Both the position numbers and the translations under genes were made by a program. Below are positions 10,365 to 22,599 of a stretch of DNA of 64,000 nucleotides, piece by piece. How positions within the stretch are numbered: position 1 is the stretch's first letter; every line of letters begins with the position of its first letter. Source of the stretch: Epithemia pelagica (taxonomy: Eukaryota > Protista > Bacillariophyta). Where the stretch lies: positions 2,666,001 to 2,730,000 of the forward strand of contig OX337230.1 of the NCBI GenBank assembly GCA_946965045.2, written 5' to 3'. The notes under the pieces were generated by a model. It ran no database searches. It saw nothing but the letters and a program-made list of their open reading frames with translations, and was not told where the DNA came from.

Positions 10365-11342
10365 TCAATTCACCAAAACCAGGTGGCAACGTCTATACTC
10401 CTGACTAAAACTATTTTCCTGCGTATCTTCAAATCCATCATCTACGTGTGAATCGTAAGTTGCTGCGTCGTCATCCGAAGCATCCTCGCAAAAGAGACTC
10501 GGGCTTTTGTGCTGCGGCTCAAATGCACGACTTCCAGGCATGAACTGCACAGTCTTCTCCGCCTCACGTCGATTGTGTGCGTGCTTTTCACCTGGCGTCA
10601 TGTATTGCCAATCCACATTGGATTTTGCAACAGTCTCCGCTTCAGCGATCGAATCGTCCTCCTACTTCAAGGGAGTGCTGGTTACCATCATTCCATCCTG
10701 TCCTGAAATCAATACAAGGTCAGTACAAGCTCATTTCAATTGCAAAGAGTCCACGTTCAACTTGCCATTGTTGTTGACTGTTTTGTCAATTCTGGGATTG
10801 TGGTTGCTCTCGGTTTGCCGGAGCGTTTCCACGATCTCTCCAATGGAGACTTTCTTACCCGTGCCTTGATAGTTTCTTCCAATCATAAGTGTTGTCGCTC
10901 CATTGGCATCACCAAGGATGAGATGCCACTGCGTTGCTTCCTTGAGCGCAGTCTCGAACCTCTTCTCTGCGTCACTGCTGGCCGCCGGCACCAATACCAC
11001 AGCGTCGTTCATTCCTCCTCCTGCCAGCTTCTTGTCAACCCCGCTGTTGTCCGGAGTCTCCCCAACCACCTCTGGAGACTGGGGTGGGGGGAGATCCTCG
11101 GGATTTGTCTTCTTCGTCCGGCGTTTTTTCCTGGCATTCTTCTTTCCGGAGCTCTTCTTCGGAGGGAGCTTCGTTGCCGATGCCCTTCCTCCTCGAGAAG
11201 GCTTCCATGGAGTAACAGCAGCTTCTTCCTGGATGTCCTCCAGGAAGATTGCCGTTTTCGTGCGGGTACGACTTGGGTAGCGATGGTTGCTGTTGCTGCT
11301 CATCCTTTGTTTTTTGTGAGACACACTCACAGAACTCGCCAT
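10365..11342 (-). pseudogene. Unidentified gene with basic low-complexity N-terminus, disrupted by stops
   Basis: ATG at 11342 in an A/C-rich context (CAACACACAGCATGG); about 200 open codons, then in-frame stops before the 10365-10616 ORF. Confidence 0.4.
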
Positions 11343-11582
11343 GCTGTGTGTTGGTTGGATGGCATGTGGGAATGTGCATGCTCGGACAAGACCAAACTCG
11401 ATCAACCTACTTAGAGCAACGGATAGACCAACGGAAAGCGGTGCGCGCCCAAGATCCGACCAACCCGTGTGGCTCCCACATTTTGGATGCATCCGGAAAC
11501 GATACGCGAACAAGAAACAAAAGTGATTTGAATCTAACAATCAACTCGGCGTGGAGTAAACAGTTTTCCACAATCGACAAGC

Positions 11583-12089
11583 ATGGAGGAGATAGACTTC
11601 TATTTCAACAAGGACCATGACGGCCCTGAAAATGACAAAAGTCGGTGCAACTTTCGGACAAGTTTCTACGCAGATAGGGTGAATGTTCTCGTGTTGGACA
11701 TTGTTGATGACAAGGAAGAACGAAATGGAAGAAATGTTGCGGACCGTGGGCATGCTCTCCTCCAACGCGAGACAAGCACCGACTATCTTCGGTTGGCTTT
11801 CTACAAAAGGGAAGCGCGGTCTGAGTTCGCTGACCCGCTGCTCGTGCTGCCAGTTGGGTTCATTGTGAAGACCGTGATGAAGGAAGTTCTTTCACCCACG
11901 GACTCCAGCAAGAAGAAGGGCCGCATTCAATTCTTTACACGCTGCATAATTGATACCAAGAGCAGCATGGACCCAATGGTCCTGACCATCTATTTGAGCC
12001 TCTTCCACATGAACGAGCTCAAGACTGCTCTGGGCTACATGACGACGAAGTTCCCCAAACAGAACCTATTTTTCACAGCAGATGCCTAA
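11583..12089 (+). CDS. Hypothetical protein, 168 aa, no recognised domain
   Basis: Uninterrupted ATG-to-TAA ORF with globular composition, followed by an AT-rich tail. Confidence 0.55.
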   Translation: MEEIDFYFNKDHDGPENDKSRCNFRTSFYADRVNVLVLDIVDDKEERNGRNVADRGHALLQRETSTDYLRLAFYKREARSEFADPLLVLPVGFIVKTVMKEVLSPTDSSKKKGRIQFFTRCIIDTKSSMDPMVLTIYLSLFHMNELKTALGYMTTKFPKQNLFFTADA

Positions 12090-12681
12090 TAGAACCTACT
12101 TAGTCGATTAGTAACAGCAGTTCTAGTGTTTGAGGCCATGAATGCCATCGTATTTGCCCAAACATCGGGCCGTCCCATTGTCATGGTTGCTGCGGATTTT
12201 TCACTGTGGAGTTTTGTGTACGAGTTTTTTCTTGGTACAGTCTTGTAAACTAATATACTCATGCACTACGAAATGTGAGCCAGCTTGTAAAGGTTCTTGT
12301 ATGTCTGTCAAAAGGTGGATGCTTGGCAACGCGGGGGCATTTCAAGAAGAAGGATTGCGCTTCATGTTGCAAATGTGGCACCTCCACAAAAAAGATGACT
12401 TCTCCTTCAATGAGTTCGGGGACCAGAGTGTCCTACGAATGGTACACCCCAGTCCAACCCCACCATCAACCCTTGCTGGGATCAGATCAATGAATACCTG
12501 CCAGCAAACAACAACAGAACAAGTGATACCTTTGGAATGGTACGAGTCGCTGATGTCCGGAGGGAGAAAAGGTTGGATTTGCTTGTGGATGGCTTCTTCG
12601 AGGTGGTAGAAGCCTTGCTTGTTCTTGATGGCAAGGGCGGGGATGCCGCCGACTATGCCCATGGCTTTGGCGTGGGGGTTG

Positions 12682-13377
12682 TTACATGCCGGAAGGTATA
12701 GTACGAGTTGTTGGGCCCTTGGGCTGGTTCGGCGACGCATATTTGAAAGGGCGTACTAGGATGATTTGGTCTCCATCGACCGTGGTAGAGATGGAGGTTG
12801 AATCGTTCAAGACGGAGGGTGGACGAGGAGAAGGTGCAATGGAAGAGATTCCAGGGAAGCTGTGACGGGGAAGAGGATGATTTGGAATGGGAGTACCATC
12901 GATGTGCCATCCCATCTTCCACTCTTCGTCCAGGACACGTTCGTAGGCTTCATCCAAGGTGAGGTACGGTTCTTTCCACTTGCGGGCATGAATCATGTGT
13001 TGAGCACGTTGGAATCTCATGCCGTCACGTCTTGCATTTTCTGCTTTGCCTCTGAGACGATCTTGTTTCAATTGAGCAAGGTCTTGGAGAAGATGACGAG
13101 GTAACTCGGGAGGCAAAGGGTCAGTACGCCAGTGGGGACCAACCGGTCGAGGGATTGCTGCCGCTTCTACAGGTGAGATGAGGGGCAGTTGATTCACTGG
13201 TGCGACGGGTTGGTGCTCAGGGATAGCGTCCCCTTCAATTCGAAGAGCAGAGTTGAAGCGAACACCACGACGAGGTGAGTTCTTGGCTGCGGGCTTTTTA
13301 TCTTGATCATCTTGATTGTCGTTAAAGGTGTCCTCATGAGCCTCGGTGTCTTTATTTTTGCAGATAGGTGACGTCAA
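12682..13377 (-). CDS. Unidentified ORF downstream of gag, probably mobile-element derived
   Basis: 231 open codons, Pro/Arg-rich, no recognised motif. Confidence 0.3.
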   Translation of the reverse strand: MTSPICKNKDTEAHEDTFNDNQDDQDKKPAAKNSPRRGVRFNSALRIEGDAIPEHQPVAPVNQLPLISPVEAAAIPRPVGPHWRTDPLPPELPRHLLQDLAQLKQDRLRGKAENARRDGMRFQRAQHMIHARKWKEPYLTLDEAYERVLDEEWKMGWHIDGTPIPNHPLPRHSFPGISSIAPSPRPPSVLNDSTSISTTVDGDQIILVRPFKYASPNQPKGPTTRTIPSGM

Positions 13378-13526
13378 AACGACCGTTGTTGGAGTTTTGT
13401 TGTTGTTTGTGGATGAGTCTGATCCAGGTTGGGCGGATCATGAAAGACGTCCATCGATAAGGCTTTGCATTAGGGCAGATGGAGTGGCTTCCGGGGCATC
13501 AGGATAGCCGTACGGAGCTGGGATAT

Positions 13527-13702
13527 CGGAGAAGAAGGACGTGTAGGCATGGTTGACAATGTTGTCCTCGTCTTCTGTGACGGTGGTAGAGTCATCGTCA
13601 CTGTCTTGGTAATTCGGAGAAGAAGGACGTGTAGGCATGGTTGACAATGTTGTCCTCGTCTTCTGTGACGGTGGTAGAGTCATCGTCACTGTCTTGGTAA
13701 TT
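13527..13702. repeat. Perfect 88-bp tandem duplication
   Basis: CGGAGAAGAAGGACGTG...GGTAATT starts at 13527 and at 13615. Confidence 0.95.
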
Positions 13703-13748
13703 CCCAGCATCAAACATGTCTGAGCTTGAGTATCCATAGGAGTACTCA

Positions 13749-14957
13749 TCATCTTCGCTTGTGATACTTAGAATTGGCTTCATCTGTTACGTGGGTGTGT
13801 AGAAGCTTGTTTGTAGTCATGTGTTTGTCAGCCACAGACTTGTCAAGGAACCTGATGTGATCCACTGCTTCTTGCACCTTCTGCTTAAGGGTTAGAAGAG
13901 CAAACTTAGGTGTCTCAGGCCATTGTGCGAGAATGATGTTCTGTAGGAAGGTAGCAGTGAGTCCGTGGTCGTATAGTCCAGTCGCGGTAAGAGATCGTGC
14001 TTTGATCGCGAAGTCTTTAGTCATGAGTGTGATGTCATGGCCGGGGTAGTTCTGAGGAACGAGCGACCGCATTTCTCCTTTGACAATCTCCCGGGAGTCG
14101 CCTGTCAAGATTCGCACATGAGCCATAAAAAGCTCAGGGAAAGATTGTGCATCTCTACTTTGTTCTTCGACTTCACGACGGAACTGATGCTCAAGACAAT
14201 CCAGTAAGTAGTCCCTCGCACAAGCGTCATTGCTCTTGTCGTACTTATCGTAAAGGAGCAATTGAGCAGCCATCAACTCACGAACTTTTTGATTCGTGAA
14301 CTTGGGATGTTCCGTAACAATATGGAGCATTTCCGAAGAGTTGGAAGGATTGGCCAAGTATGCAATGGTGTCCATTCCATGCATTTCAAGGTGTTTCACA
14401 AGATCGTCTTGGAGTCGAGCAAAGTCTCCGGTCTTTTTATCGTACTCTTCAGTCAATCCAGTTACACGTTCTGTGTATTTCTTATCGGTGTGTGTCCGAA
14501 TTTGTAAACCACGCAATGGTGTTGTTTCGGCATTATCGTCTAACCCTGCCCATTTTGGTTTGGGTTTTCCACCGGTCCAGGGAACCCATTCGTTATATCG
14601 GCTTTGGATTCGCCCTCCCATTCTGGGCTTGTCGGGCATGAAGACAGCGGTAGTTGTTGGTGACCCTTCTTCGTCACTCGTGGTGTCGTCGGATGTGTTG
14701 CCGGAGGAATCTGAGTTGCTCTTTTCTTCTTCTCCTTCTTCTGGACAAGGATTCGTCTCAACAATCAACAATGGTCGAGGTCGTACAGGTGGTTGTTGTC
14801 CTTGCGCTTGATCCAACAATCCCCTTTCAGTTGTAGCCTCTTGTAAGTCGCCTCCCGGTGCGTTGTTTCGATTGGCTTCTGCTTCGTCTGCTTCAGTTGC
14901 TGAAATCCAGTCAAAGCTACCAGGTCCAGAGGAGGTAGGCGAGATTTTGTCCGCCGT
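13749..14957 (-). mobile_element. gag: CoDi-type copia gag, 3'-truncated
   Basis: WVPWTGGKP...HLEMHGMDTIAYL...YDKYDKSNDACARDYLL; the frame stays open upstream of the listed TTG to 14963, with ACG-GCG-GAC at 14957 as a probable decayed start. Confidence 0.8.
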
Positions 14958-15109
14958 GATGACTCAACAATTCAATCAAGGAGTGGTTGAACGTCGTGCA
15001 CCACCAAAGGAAGGCTCGACTTGACAATCAATCAGAGTCTGCCTTTACCGTCGATCTATCGCAGAGGGATGCGTAGATAGTCAATCTTCTTAATTGGGCG
15101 AAGATAACC

Positions 15110-15417
15110 ACTTAAGATATTCAGATCTTGTCTTACTGGGAGATAAACTAGGTAACGAGGTTAGATGTAGTTTTCTCTCTTTGTAGCTCTAGTTGAAACA
15201 CGACGATGGGGCCCTCACCTTCGTAGTCCAACTAGATGCTCTTACAGGAAGGTTGCTTGTCACTTTCTTGTTTTATAAAAGAGTGAGTTTAATCTTGAGT
15301 GTAATGGTTTTGTTGATGATCATCCAGGAAGGATTTCCTGGAAGTTCATCTTCAAGGATCGTTCGTCATTGATCTAGATGATGTGGCCACTAGGCCACTT
15401 CATCGTCATCTATGACA
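15110..15417 (-). mobile_element. Probable 5' LTR of the gag-bearing element
   Basis: Minus strand begins TGTCATAG at 15417 and is followed near 15110 by a PBS-like TGGTTATC; there is no second LTR to confirm the ends. Confidence 0.4.
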
Positions 15418-15651
15418 TGTGTTATGTTTACTATGTCGTGCATCCTTTATTGTGTTGGCTTATGATATGCATTGGATATTGTGGTTCTAAGTCCATCGTC
15501 TGGTAGACTTATGACTTAAAGTTGTTTTCTCTAAATGTGGCTGAGGGGCGTGGGTTCGGTCGACTGGCGACACTTAACCCCTCGGGACTCGTGCCACTCT
15601 TCAACGGACATACAATGTTTATTGCCCTTTATATTCATCCTTTATGTACGT

Positions 15652-15853
15652 CAGAATCATTGTTGTTGAACATGACACATGACTTCTTTGCTAGCAAGTA
15701 CAGAACAAGTAGTAGTCCTACTGATGTTTGGAGGAAGTTGATGAAGCCATTGCAATATAAACAGAATCATTGTTGTTGAACATTACACATGACTTCTTTG
15801 CTAGCTAGTACAGAACAAGTAGTACTTCTACTGATGTTTGGAGGAAGTTGATG
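15652..15853. repeat. 110-bp period direct repeat, with a third partial copy at 20797-20882
   Basis: CAGAATCATTGTTGTTGAACA... at 15652 and 15762. Confidence 0.92.
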
Positions 15854-15998
15854 GTACTGTTCTTGTTCTTTCACTGACCATTTTGCCTGTTTGAGTAGCT
15901 TAACAAAAAGCACAGCTCACCCTTTCCTCCACAGCCCCTCACATTGGCTGGTTCTTCAGTCACTCTCAATAAACCGTCGACACTGCAACCTGGACCAG

Positions 15999-16014
15999 CA
16001 CACACACACACACA
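15999..16014. repeat. (CA)8 microsatellite
   Basis: Read directly. Confidence 0.9.
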
Positions 16015-16368
16015 GCCACACACTCATACACATGACATAACGTACTGTGCATTTTTCACTTTCTAAGTTGTTGTACATTTCCAATCATCACTGAATCATC
16101 TTCTTTTTCCCTTTTTCCCAGTGTCGCACGGCTGGACCTGTATACCCCTTCCGACGTGGCCCATCATAGGGCGGCGGCAGAGGGTATGCGGGGACTGTCA
16201 ACTTCCTTGTCAGACCTCTGACGACGTTCTTCAATGCATGTTTCATGACATATGGTTTCTGTTTCGATCCGGCTGTATGAACTAACCCTGCCACATGACA
16301 TATCACCCTCAGTGCATTCGGCCTGGGGCTCCTTACACAATGCACCGATTGCACTTGGGCGGCCTCAG

Positions 16369-16948
16369 ATGACACATATCACAAATATCACATCCCAGAT
16401 TATTATCATCCCATTCTTCTCATTTGAAATACAAGTCGACAAAGCTCATTACACATATCACACTGTTTGAACTGACCAAATCACACAATACCAACCACAA
16501 AACACTGATGGCAGACCACCATCTGATAATCCATCATATTAGCTACATGACACATATCACAAATATCACATCCCAGATTGATATCATACCATTCTTCTCA
16601 TTCAAAACACTAGTCGACAAAGCTCATAACACACATCACACTGTTCGAACTGACCAAATCATACGATACGAACCACAGAACACTGATGGCAGACCACCAT
16701 CTGATAATCCATCATATTAGCTACATGACACATATCACAAATATCACATCCCAGATTGATATCATACCATTCTTCTCATTCAAAACACTAGTCGACAAAG
16801 CTCATAACACACATCACACTGTTCGAACTGACCAAATCATACGATACGAACCACAGAACACTGAGGGCAGACCACCATCTGATAATCCATCAGATAAGCT
16901 ACATGACTCATATCACAAATATCACATCCCAGATTGATATCATACCAT
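16369..16948. repeat. 178-bp tandem repeat, about 3.3 copies
   Basis: Units start at 16369, 16547, 16725 and 16903 (ATGAC[A/T]CATATCACAAATATCACATCCCAGATT). Confidence 0.97.
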
Positions 16949-17229
16949 AACTAGTAGTAAGCTCACAGTCAATATCATTACCATATCATCACGTCTTTAG
17001 TGTCCTGACTATCCCTACGATAGGACCCTTGGGTTTCCTCTGTTCTCTGACCCATGGAGAACCTAGGTATCAGTTGGTAATCGATTGTGGCTTTCCTAGA
17101 GCGTGTACTGACGGATTCTATCAGATTAACAGTGTCACCTGTCGTATTTCCCATGTTTAGTGGCCCCCAATACTCCTGTCCGTCGGATCTACAATTCTTT
17201 TCAGCAGAGTGGTGACCCAACACAGCAGA

Positions 17230-17470
17230 TTACCGTCCAGTCTGGATGTAACATTGCTGAGCAAAAAGAACATCAAGATTATGTTCAGGAATTTTTCTTG
17301 TGAGAGGATGATGAGGAGTCGCCGCGTGTCGAGTTCCCACCCAAGGACTTGCATGACTTGGCTTGGGCTGCCTATTTTATCTTCTGCGAGAATGTTCGTA
17401 CGCTTGATTGGTTCCTCTGTTGGGTGGTTTGGTCGGATGAACAAGTGCAAGACTAAGGGGACCACTTCAG
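17230..17470 (-). mobile_element. YR retroelement RT fragment
   Basis: VPLVLHLFIRP...EPIKRTNILAEDKI..SPSQVMQVLGWELDTRRLLIILSQEK. Confidence 0.75.
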
Positions 17471-19229
17471 AGGCTCTCCCGACTGTCTTCTCACTACACT
17501 TATCAACGCTCTTCTTGGATGTCTTTAGAAGATTGTCTTCTTCCATTGCTTTCCCTTTGAGTCGTTGGTCTTTTCAACAAACATTTTTATATCACATTGT
17601 TTCTTACTACACTTCGATGGGATTTCAATGATACCAACAATTTTCTGACGACAGAGACCTGTTTTCTGAAACAGATTTTTTCTTTTTACTGTTCACTACA
17701 ATATCATACACATTCGAAATACGATCACAAGTCTTTGCAGAAGACTAGTTGATGGTCCTTGTCCCATGGAGACAAATGGACTCCAATCCAATTCTGACAC
17801 TTGCTCTATTCTTATTTGGCAATAACTGAAAGCATCATGCAGGTTCAAAACAAGCAATGCCATGGACAATGGTTGGTATGCTTACGGATAGTGGACCAAT
17901 TTCTTGTGGTCAGTGGCACATTGAAATAAAGGATTGTTCATGGATTGAATTCTAATTACTATGGAGGTGCTGCTTAGAGCTAGGTAACATTCATGGGGAC
18001 ATAGATGGTCTTTTTCCTGGTATGATGCACAGTCACCTTTGAGGGCACTAGCTAGCTCTAGTCTAGCTCTACTAGGAGTAGCTATCACCAGTGGGTCACA
18101 TCAAATAATCTGCGATTGCATTAGTTCTTCCTCCTGATACTTGGTGTTGTGCAAGATCACAAAATAAAAGTTTCTTACGTGTGTGGTGTTTGGTGTTGTC
18201 TTCGCTGTGGAGAGAGAAAGACAGAGTGCGAGAATAAGATCTGAGGTGACTGGTGGTCTGTCCATTGTCTGTGTCTGGCCCAGTCCCTATGTTCATCCAA
18301 ATCCCGAGACCATCCATCTCCTCGCACTATATTTCCCATTTTAGTACTATAATACCAATAGTCTCTGTGCTTTCCCATTTTGAATTTCCGATATCATGAT
18401 CGGTTCTGAACTTGTGATTGGCTTGTTTGTTGCCAATGTCTCTTCTCATTGGCCCCTTTCTTGGCACCTCCATCGAACCTACTCTCTTCTGGATACAAAA
18501 TCCATCCAGCCACCATAACTTTTGCTGCACCGACCTGTTTAAGTCAATGCCACAGATTGAAGGAATAGAGGATGTGGATGTGGGAGAATCACGCGTACAA
18601 CTTGATCAAGTTCCCATTATTTTTTGAAACAGGCCCATTGGTTCAGTCTTTGGGGTTGCGACCACATTGTAACACGTCTATTTTGTGGCCCAGTTTTTTT
18701 CCCAAACAAGGGACACAGTCAACCAGGTCTTCAGTTGAAGTGCCAGGAGCCTATTGATTGACAATTGTTTGTGGGAGCTGAAAAGGTGCAGTAATAGGTT
18801 CCTGGCAGCAGTTGGTTCACCCCTCAACTTTGCTTGTGTTTGGGTTGTCGCAAGGAGCATACTTGTCTTCTTGAACCATCAGGCCCAACTATAGTAACAC
18901 TTGTTGTACCAAAGTGGGGCGGTACCACCATAAGCCAGACCTTTGACAACATCAGTCACATTGAGCCCCTTGAAATGAAAAACCATTGTTTTGGTATAGA
19001 CAAGCAGTTGGATGCTACGAACAGCCCACCTTGCCAACCATCACACCCTCACACAAGATCTCAAAGTCTTGTTCGACTTGATTTTGAGAATTGCATTATC
19101 CCAAATTCATTCATGACAGCTGAACAAGAGTTTTCCAATGGGAATCATCTCAGGAGGGTGAAAGATGTCATGACAATTTTGCCTCGGCCATTTCAGATAC
19201 CCCTGGCTTTCTCATCGACCAAGAGTTGA

Positions 19230-20018
19230 GTGGGTATTATGTTTCTTTCTGATGATTTTGTCTCTGAAATGAATGCAGGACAAATGGGGAGTCTTCATCT
19301 TCTTCATCCCTCCTATGAGAGCAATTGTGTAGACTCAGTTGCTTTCCTTCAAAATGAAGAATTGGCCATGGATCAGACAAGTCTTCCATGCCTTCCTCTG
19401 TTGTATTTGTTCTCAAAGTTGTCTGATGAGATTTCTCCTGTGAGAGTATCCACTCAATTCAAAGAAGCACAAAAGGACAAATCTTTGGATGAATTGCAAA
19501 GATGTAGAGTTTATCCCCCTGACAAGTCACAGAAAAAACCAGAAGCACATTCCCGATCACATGTGTGTCGGCAAGAATCCAACGTGAAGAAGTCAAAAGC
19601 TAAGAAGAAAATTAACCACCCCAAGTGCAAGTCTCCAAAGGTGAGTGAAAAAGCTTCACCCAGGCCTGTTGGTAGCATACGAATTGGCGTAAATGATGCT
19701 GTCTTTGGTCGTGGTGGAGAAGCGAACAAGCTAAGGAAGGTATTAAAGCTGTTTGGGTCTTTAATTGACAAGCACAGCATTTCCTACGGTTCTTCAGACA
19801 ATGTTGAAAAAGAATGAATCGTCATGGAAAATATTCATGATGTAGAACAAGCAGGGGGGCGATTTTTTGTTTTACAGAAGGGAGATTTGGTTCAAACATG
19901 CAACTCTCAGCTGATCCAAACTAAGATCCGACAAAAGCTCAGAGACAAGAATATACTACCAAGGAAGAAGAGATGCTACAGTCGCAAAAAGGACACCATG
20001 AAGGTATTTGAGCTCTAA
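19230..20018 (+). pseudogene. DUF6824-domain protein pseudogene with one in-frame stop
   Basis: NDAVFGRGG...FGSLIDKH...Y...KE*IV...VEQAGGRFF...KIRQKLRD; ORFs 19230-19817 and 19824-20018 share a frame across TGA 19815-19817. Confidence 0.8.
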
Positions 20019-20364
20019 ATTTTAGCTGATTTGGAATGCGGTTGCAGTTGCTCTGTTCAGGTTCATTGTGTATGATCTACATGCACGTCATAAACAATGC
20101 CCCATGCTAGTGGTCTCTTTCGAGACTTTCGAGACTTTCGATGCCTTTTGCTTTTAACAGTACACCTTAGATAATACACCACGTTGTTCTTTAAATACTG
20201 TGATCCCCCTTTGTCTGCAAATGTGGTACGAGGAATTTTCTTGACAAAACCAGATGTTTCATCTCAAAGATCATCTTCTTCAGGATTTTTGAAAATATAA
20301 TAATCACAAACACCAAGGTGAATCATCACTAACTGCTGAATCTGACTTTTAGACCTTAGGGAGA

Positions 20365-20882
20365 GGAGACTGCAAACACCACTGACCCGCAGGATTTTCT
20401 GACACACCATTCATGTGCTTTTTTGTTACATACACAGTGTCAGAAGACTGTTGATATTGCAAAACTCCAAACATGGGCAACAAGAAGTTTGTATGAACAA
20501 ATTTATTGTGAATTGGAAATTGTGATAAGGATCATTTTTTGACATCTTCCCCAACTTAAGATATTCAGATCTTGTCTTACTGGGAGATAAACTAGGTAAC
20601 GGAGACTGCAAACACCACTGACCTGCAGGATTTTCTGACACACCATTCATGTGCTTTTTTGTTACATACAAAGTGTCAGAAGACTGTTTTGATATCACAA
20701 AACTCCAAACATGGGCGACAAGAAGTTTGTATGAACAAATTTATTGTGAATTGGAAATTGTAATAAGGATCATTTTTTGACATCTTTCCCATAACAGATG
20801 CAGCCATTGCAATATAAACAGAATCATTGTTGTTGAACATTACACGTGACTTCTTTGCTAGCTAGTACAGAACAAGTAGTAG
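20365..20882. repeat. Composite repeat: about 190-bp unit, 48-bp insert, second unit, 86-bp insert
   Basis: Units at 20365-20552 and 20601-20790; 20554-20601 equals 15110-15157; 20797-20882 matches 15740-15824. Confidence 0.9.
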
Positions 20883-21289
20883 CGACTTTTTTCCTACCCC
20901 TACAGAATTCTGTACAAACGACAGAATTCTGTATCAGTTTATTTTGCGTTTAGCTCTGTCGGAACTCAACAGACGTCTTTCGTTAAGCCCAATTCTGAAA
21001 GAGTATTTCTCCCTGTTGTGTATGGAGACAATCGTGTGATGGGGTTGCTATCAATATAAGGCAGTGTTGTAGCTGTTCTTTATTCACCTTTGCATCCAAT
21101 GGTGTCGAGATGCAACAGATTCTACCCGGAGTTCCACTGGAAAACCCCAGGCCTTTGCACTGGGAGAGAGTGGCACCGACAGGGGGAGGCTAACTTAGAG
21201 TAAGGGATAGCCAGTTGGCTGATTGTAGCTTGCCATACATTTCCTTGCATAAGTCAGCACTCAATAAGTCAGCACTCATTGTGGCATCA

Positions 21290-22078
21290 TGAAAATGGAC
21301 AAAGCGACCCAAATGGACAAAACGACCCAGTACTTCTGTGCTCAAAAGTTTATTTTTTAGGTTGCCTTTTAATGAGTCATGTCCTAAGGTTTCTGTTGCA
21401 GGATAGCCACCAGTGGACAGACAAACCAATGCTTTCATGTTGCTCTGGAACATTGAGTCTGCATGGATCCATTGTCCATATGGAGTCGTTCCTTTCTTTG
21501 CAAGATATGCTTGCTTTCTAACAAGTGAACCCAATACTTTTGTAGCAACCTCTTTTACTTTTTCAACCACCTGCCCAATAAGCCATTCACTGAAAGGGTT
21601 TGAAGCACCTTGAAGCATTCATTACTATTTCAACTTGCTGAGTATTGTCACTGATCTTCGCAGCCACATGTTTTCCTCTCTTTGTCAAAGAGTTTTCGTA
21701 CATTTTCACTTCAGATCCATCTTGAGTTTGACCATACATCAGCAGACTTTGTGCATGAAGTCTCAATACTTCACTTTCCTCCTGAGTCAACATCTTATCA
21801 ATAACAACACTGCCATTTTCTTTCACTGACCAGAGAATGTGCTTATCATCAGGCATCATTGGAAGTAGTATTGGGAATTTCCCATGCTCTGGATTGTTCA
21901 ACAGCTTTTTACCCTGATTCTGCAACCTCCTTTTATCAATCATCCTCTGATTACACACAGATTGCCCTGTTTTGTGTTGAGGTGCAGGTTTTTCATCCCT
22001 TCCTAAGGAAACACCGTGCTTCCTCTTCCTCTGGTGCTCAGGACCTTGCTTGACGCCTTTCAACAGGCTCTTTATCAA
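21290..22078 (-). pseudogene. Degraded gene, possibly a 2OG-Fe(II) oxygenase (PhyH-like)
   Basis: Two consecutive frameshifted ORFs; QWIHADS...ALVCL...PAT resembles QxxHxD...L...GAT. Weak. Confidence 0.3.
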
Positions 22079-22599
22079 ATGAAGTCTCTTTTGTGCTCAT
22101 TCTGATTGACTTTGCATTGGAGAATGACAGAAAAGTGACGTCTACGGTGTTCAGGCAGGCGGAAATTCTCTCCTGCCCACATACAATAAACTTGCTGTCC
22201 AGCGTTATGCATTGGAGAGAACCGCTTGATTAGCTCATTGGAGATTTGAATTTTTAATATTTGAATTTTGAATACATTTAAAGATTGGACAGAGCCTGCT
22301 AGTTGTGCTATGTACTGTAAATTCATTATTTCTCAACTACTCCTAGCTCTAAATCACCATACGATAAAGGCACCATCTGCCTGGGTGGGAGTGTAGGACT
22401 TGGGGAAGATAAGGAACTATATAGGATAAAACTGAAGAGAGGTGCAAATGCAGGAAAAATGGAGTTGCGGACTTTGGAGGGATGGTGGGTTATACCATCT
22501 CTTCAGAGGGATGGTGGGTTATACCATCGTGTTTGACATTGATGTGCTGTCGTAGAAGTGCTGGCAGGTAAACGGGATTGACCAAGCATTTCATTGAAG

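Noticed and set aside
17880-18030. Ulp1-like protease remnant (KTIYVPMNVT on the minus strand)
   Set aside because: Only one short motif; catalytic His, Asp and Cys cannot be traced through the stops.
20893-20935. Paired ACAGAATTCTGT palindromes as transposon subterminal sites
   Set aside because: Only two copies and no associated TIR or TSD visible.
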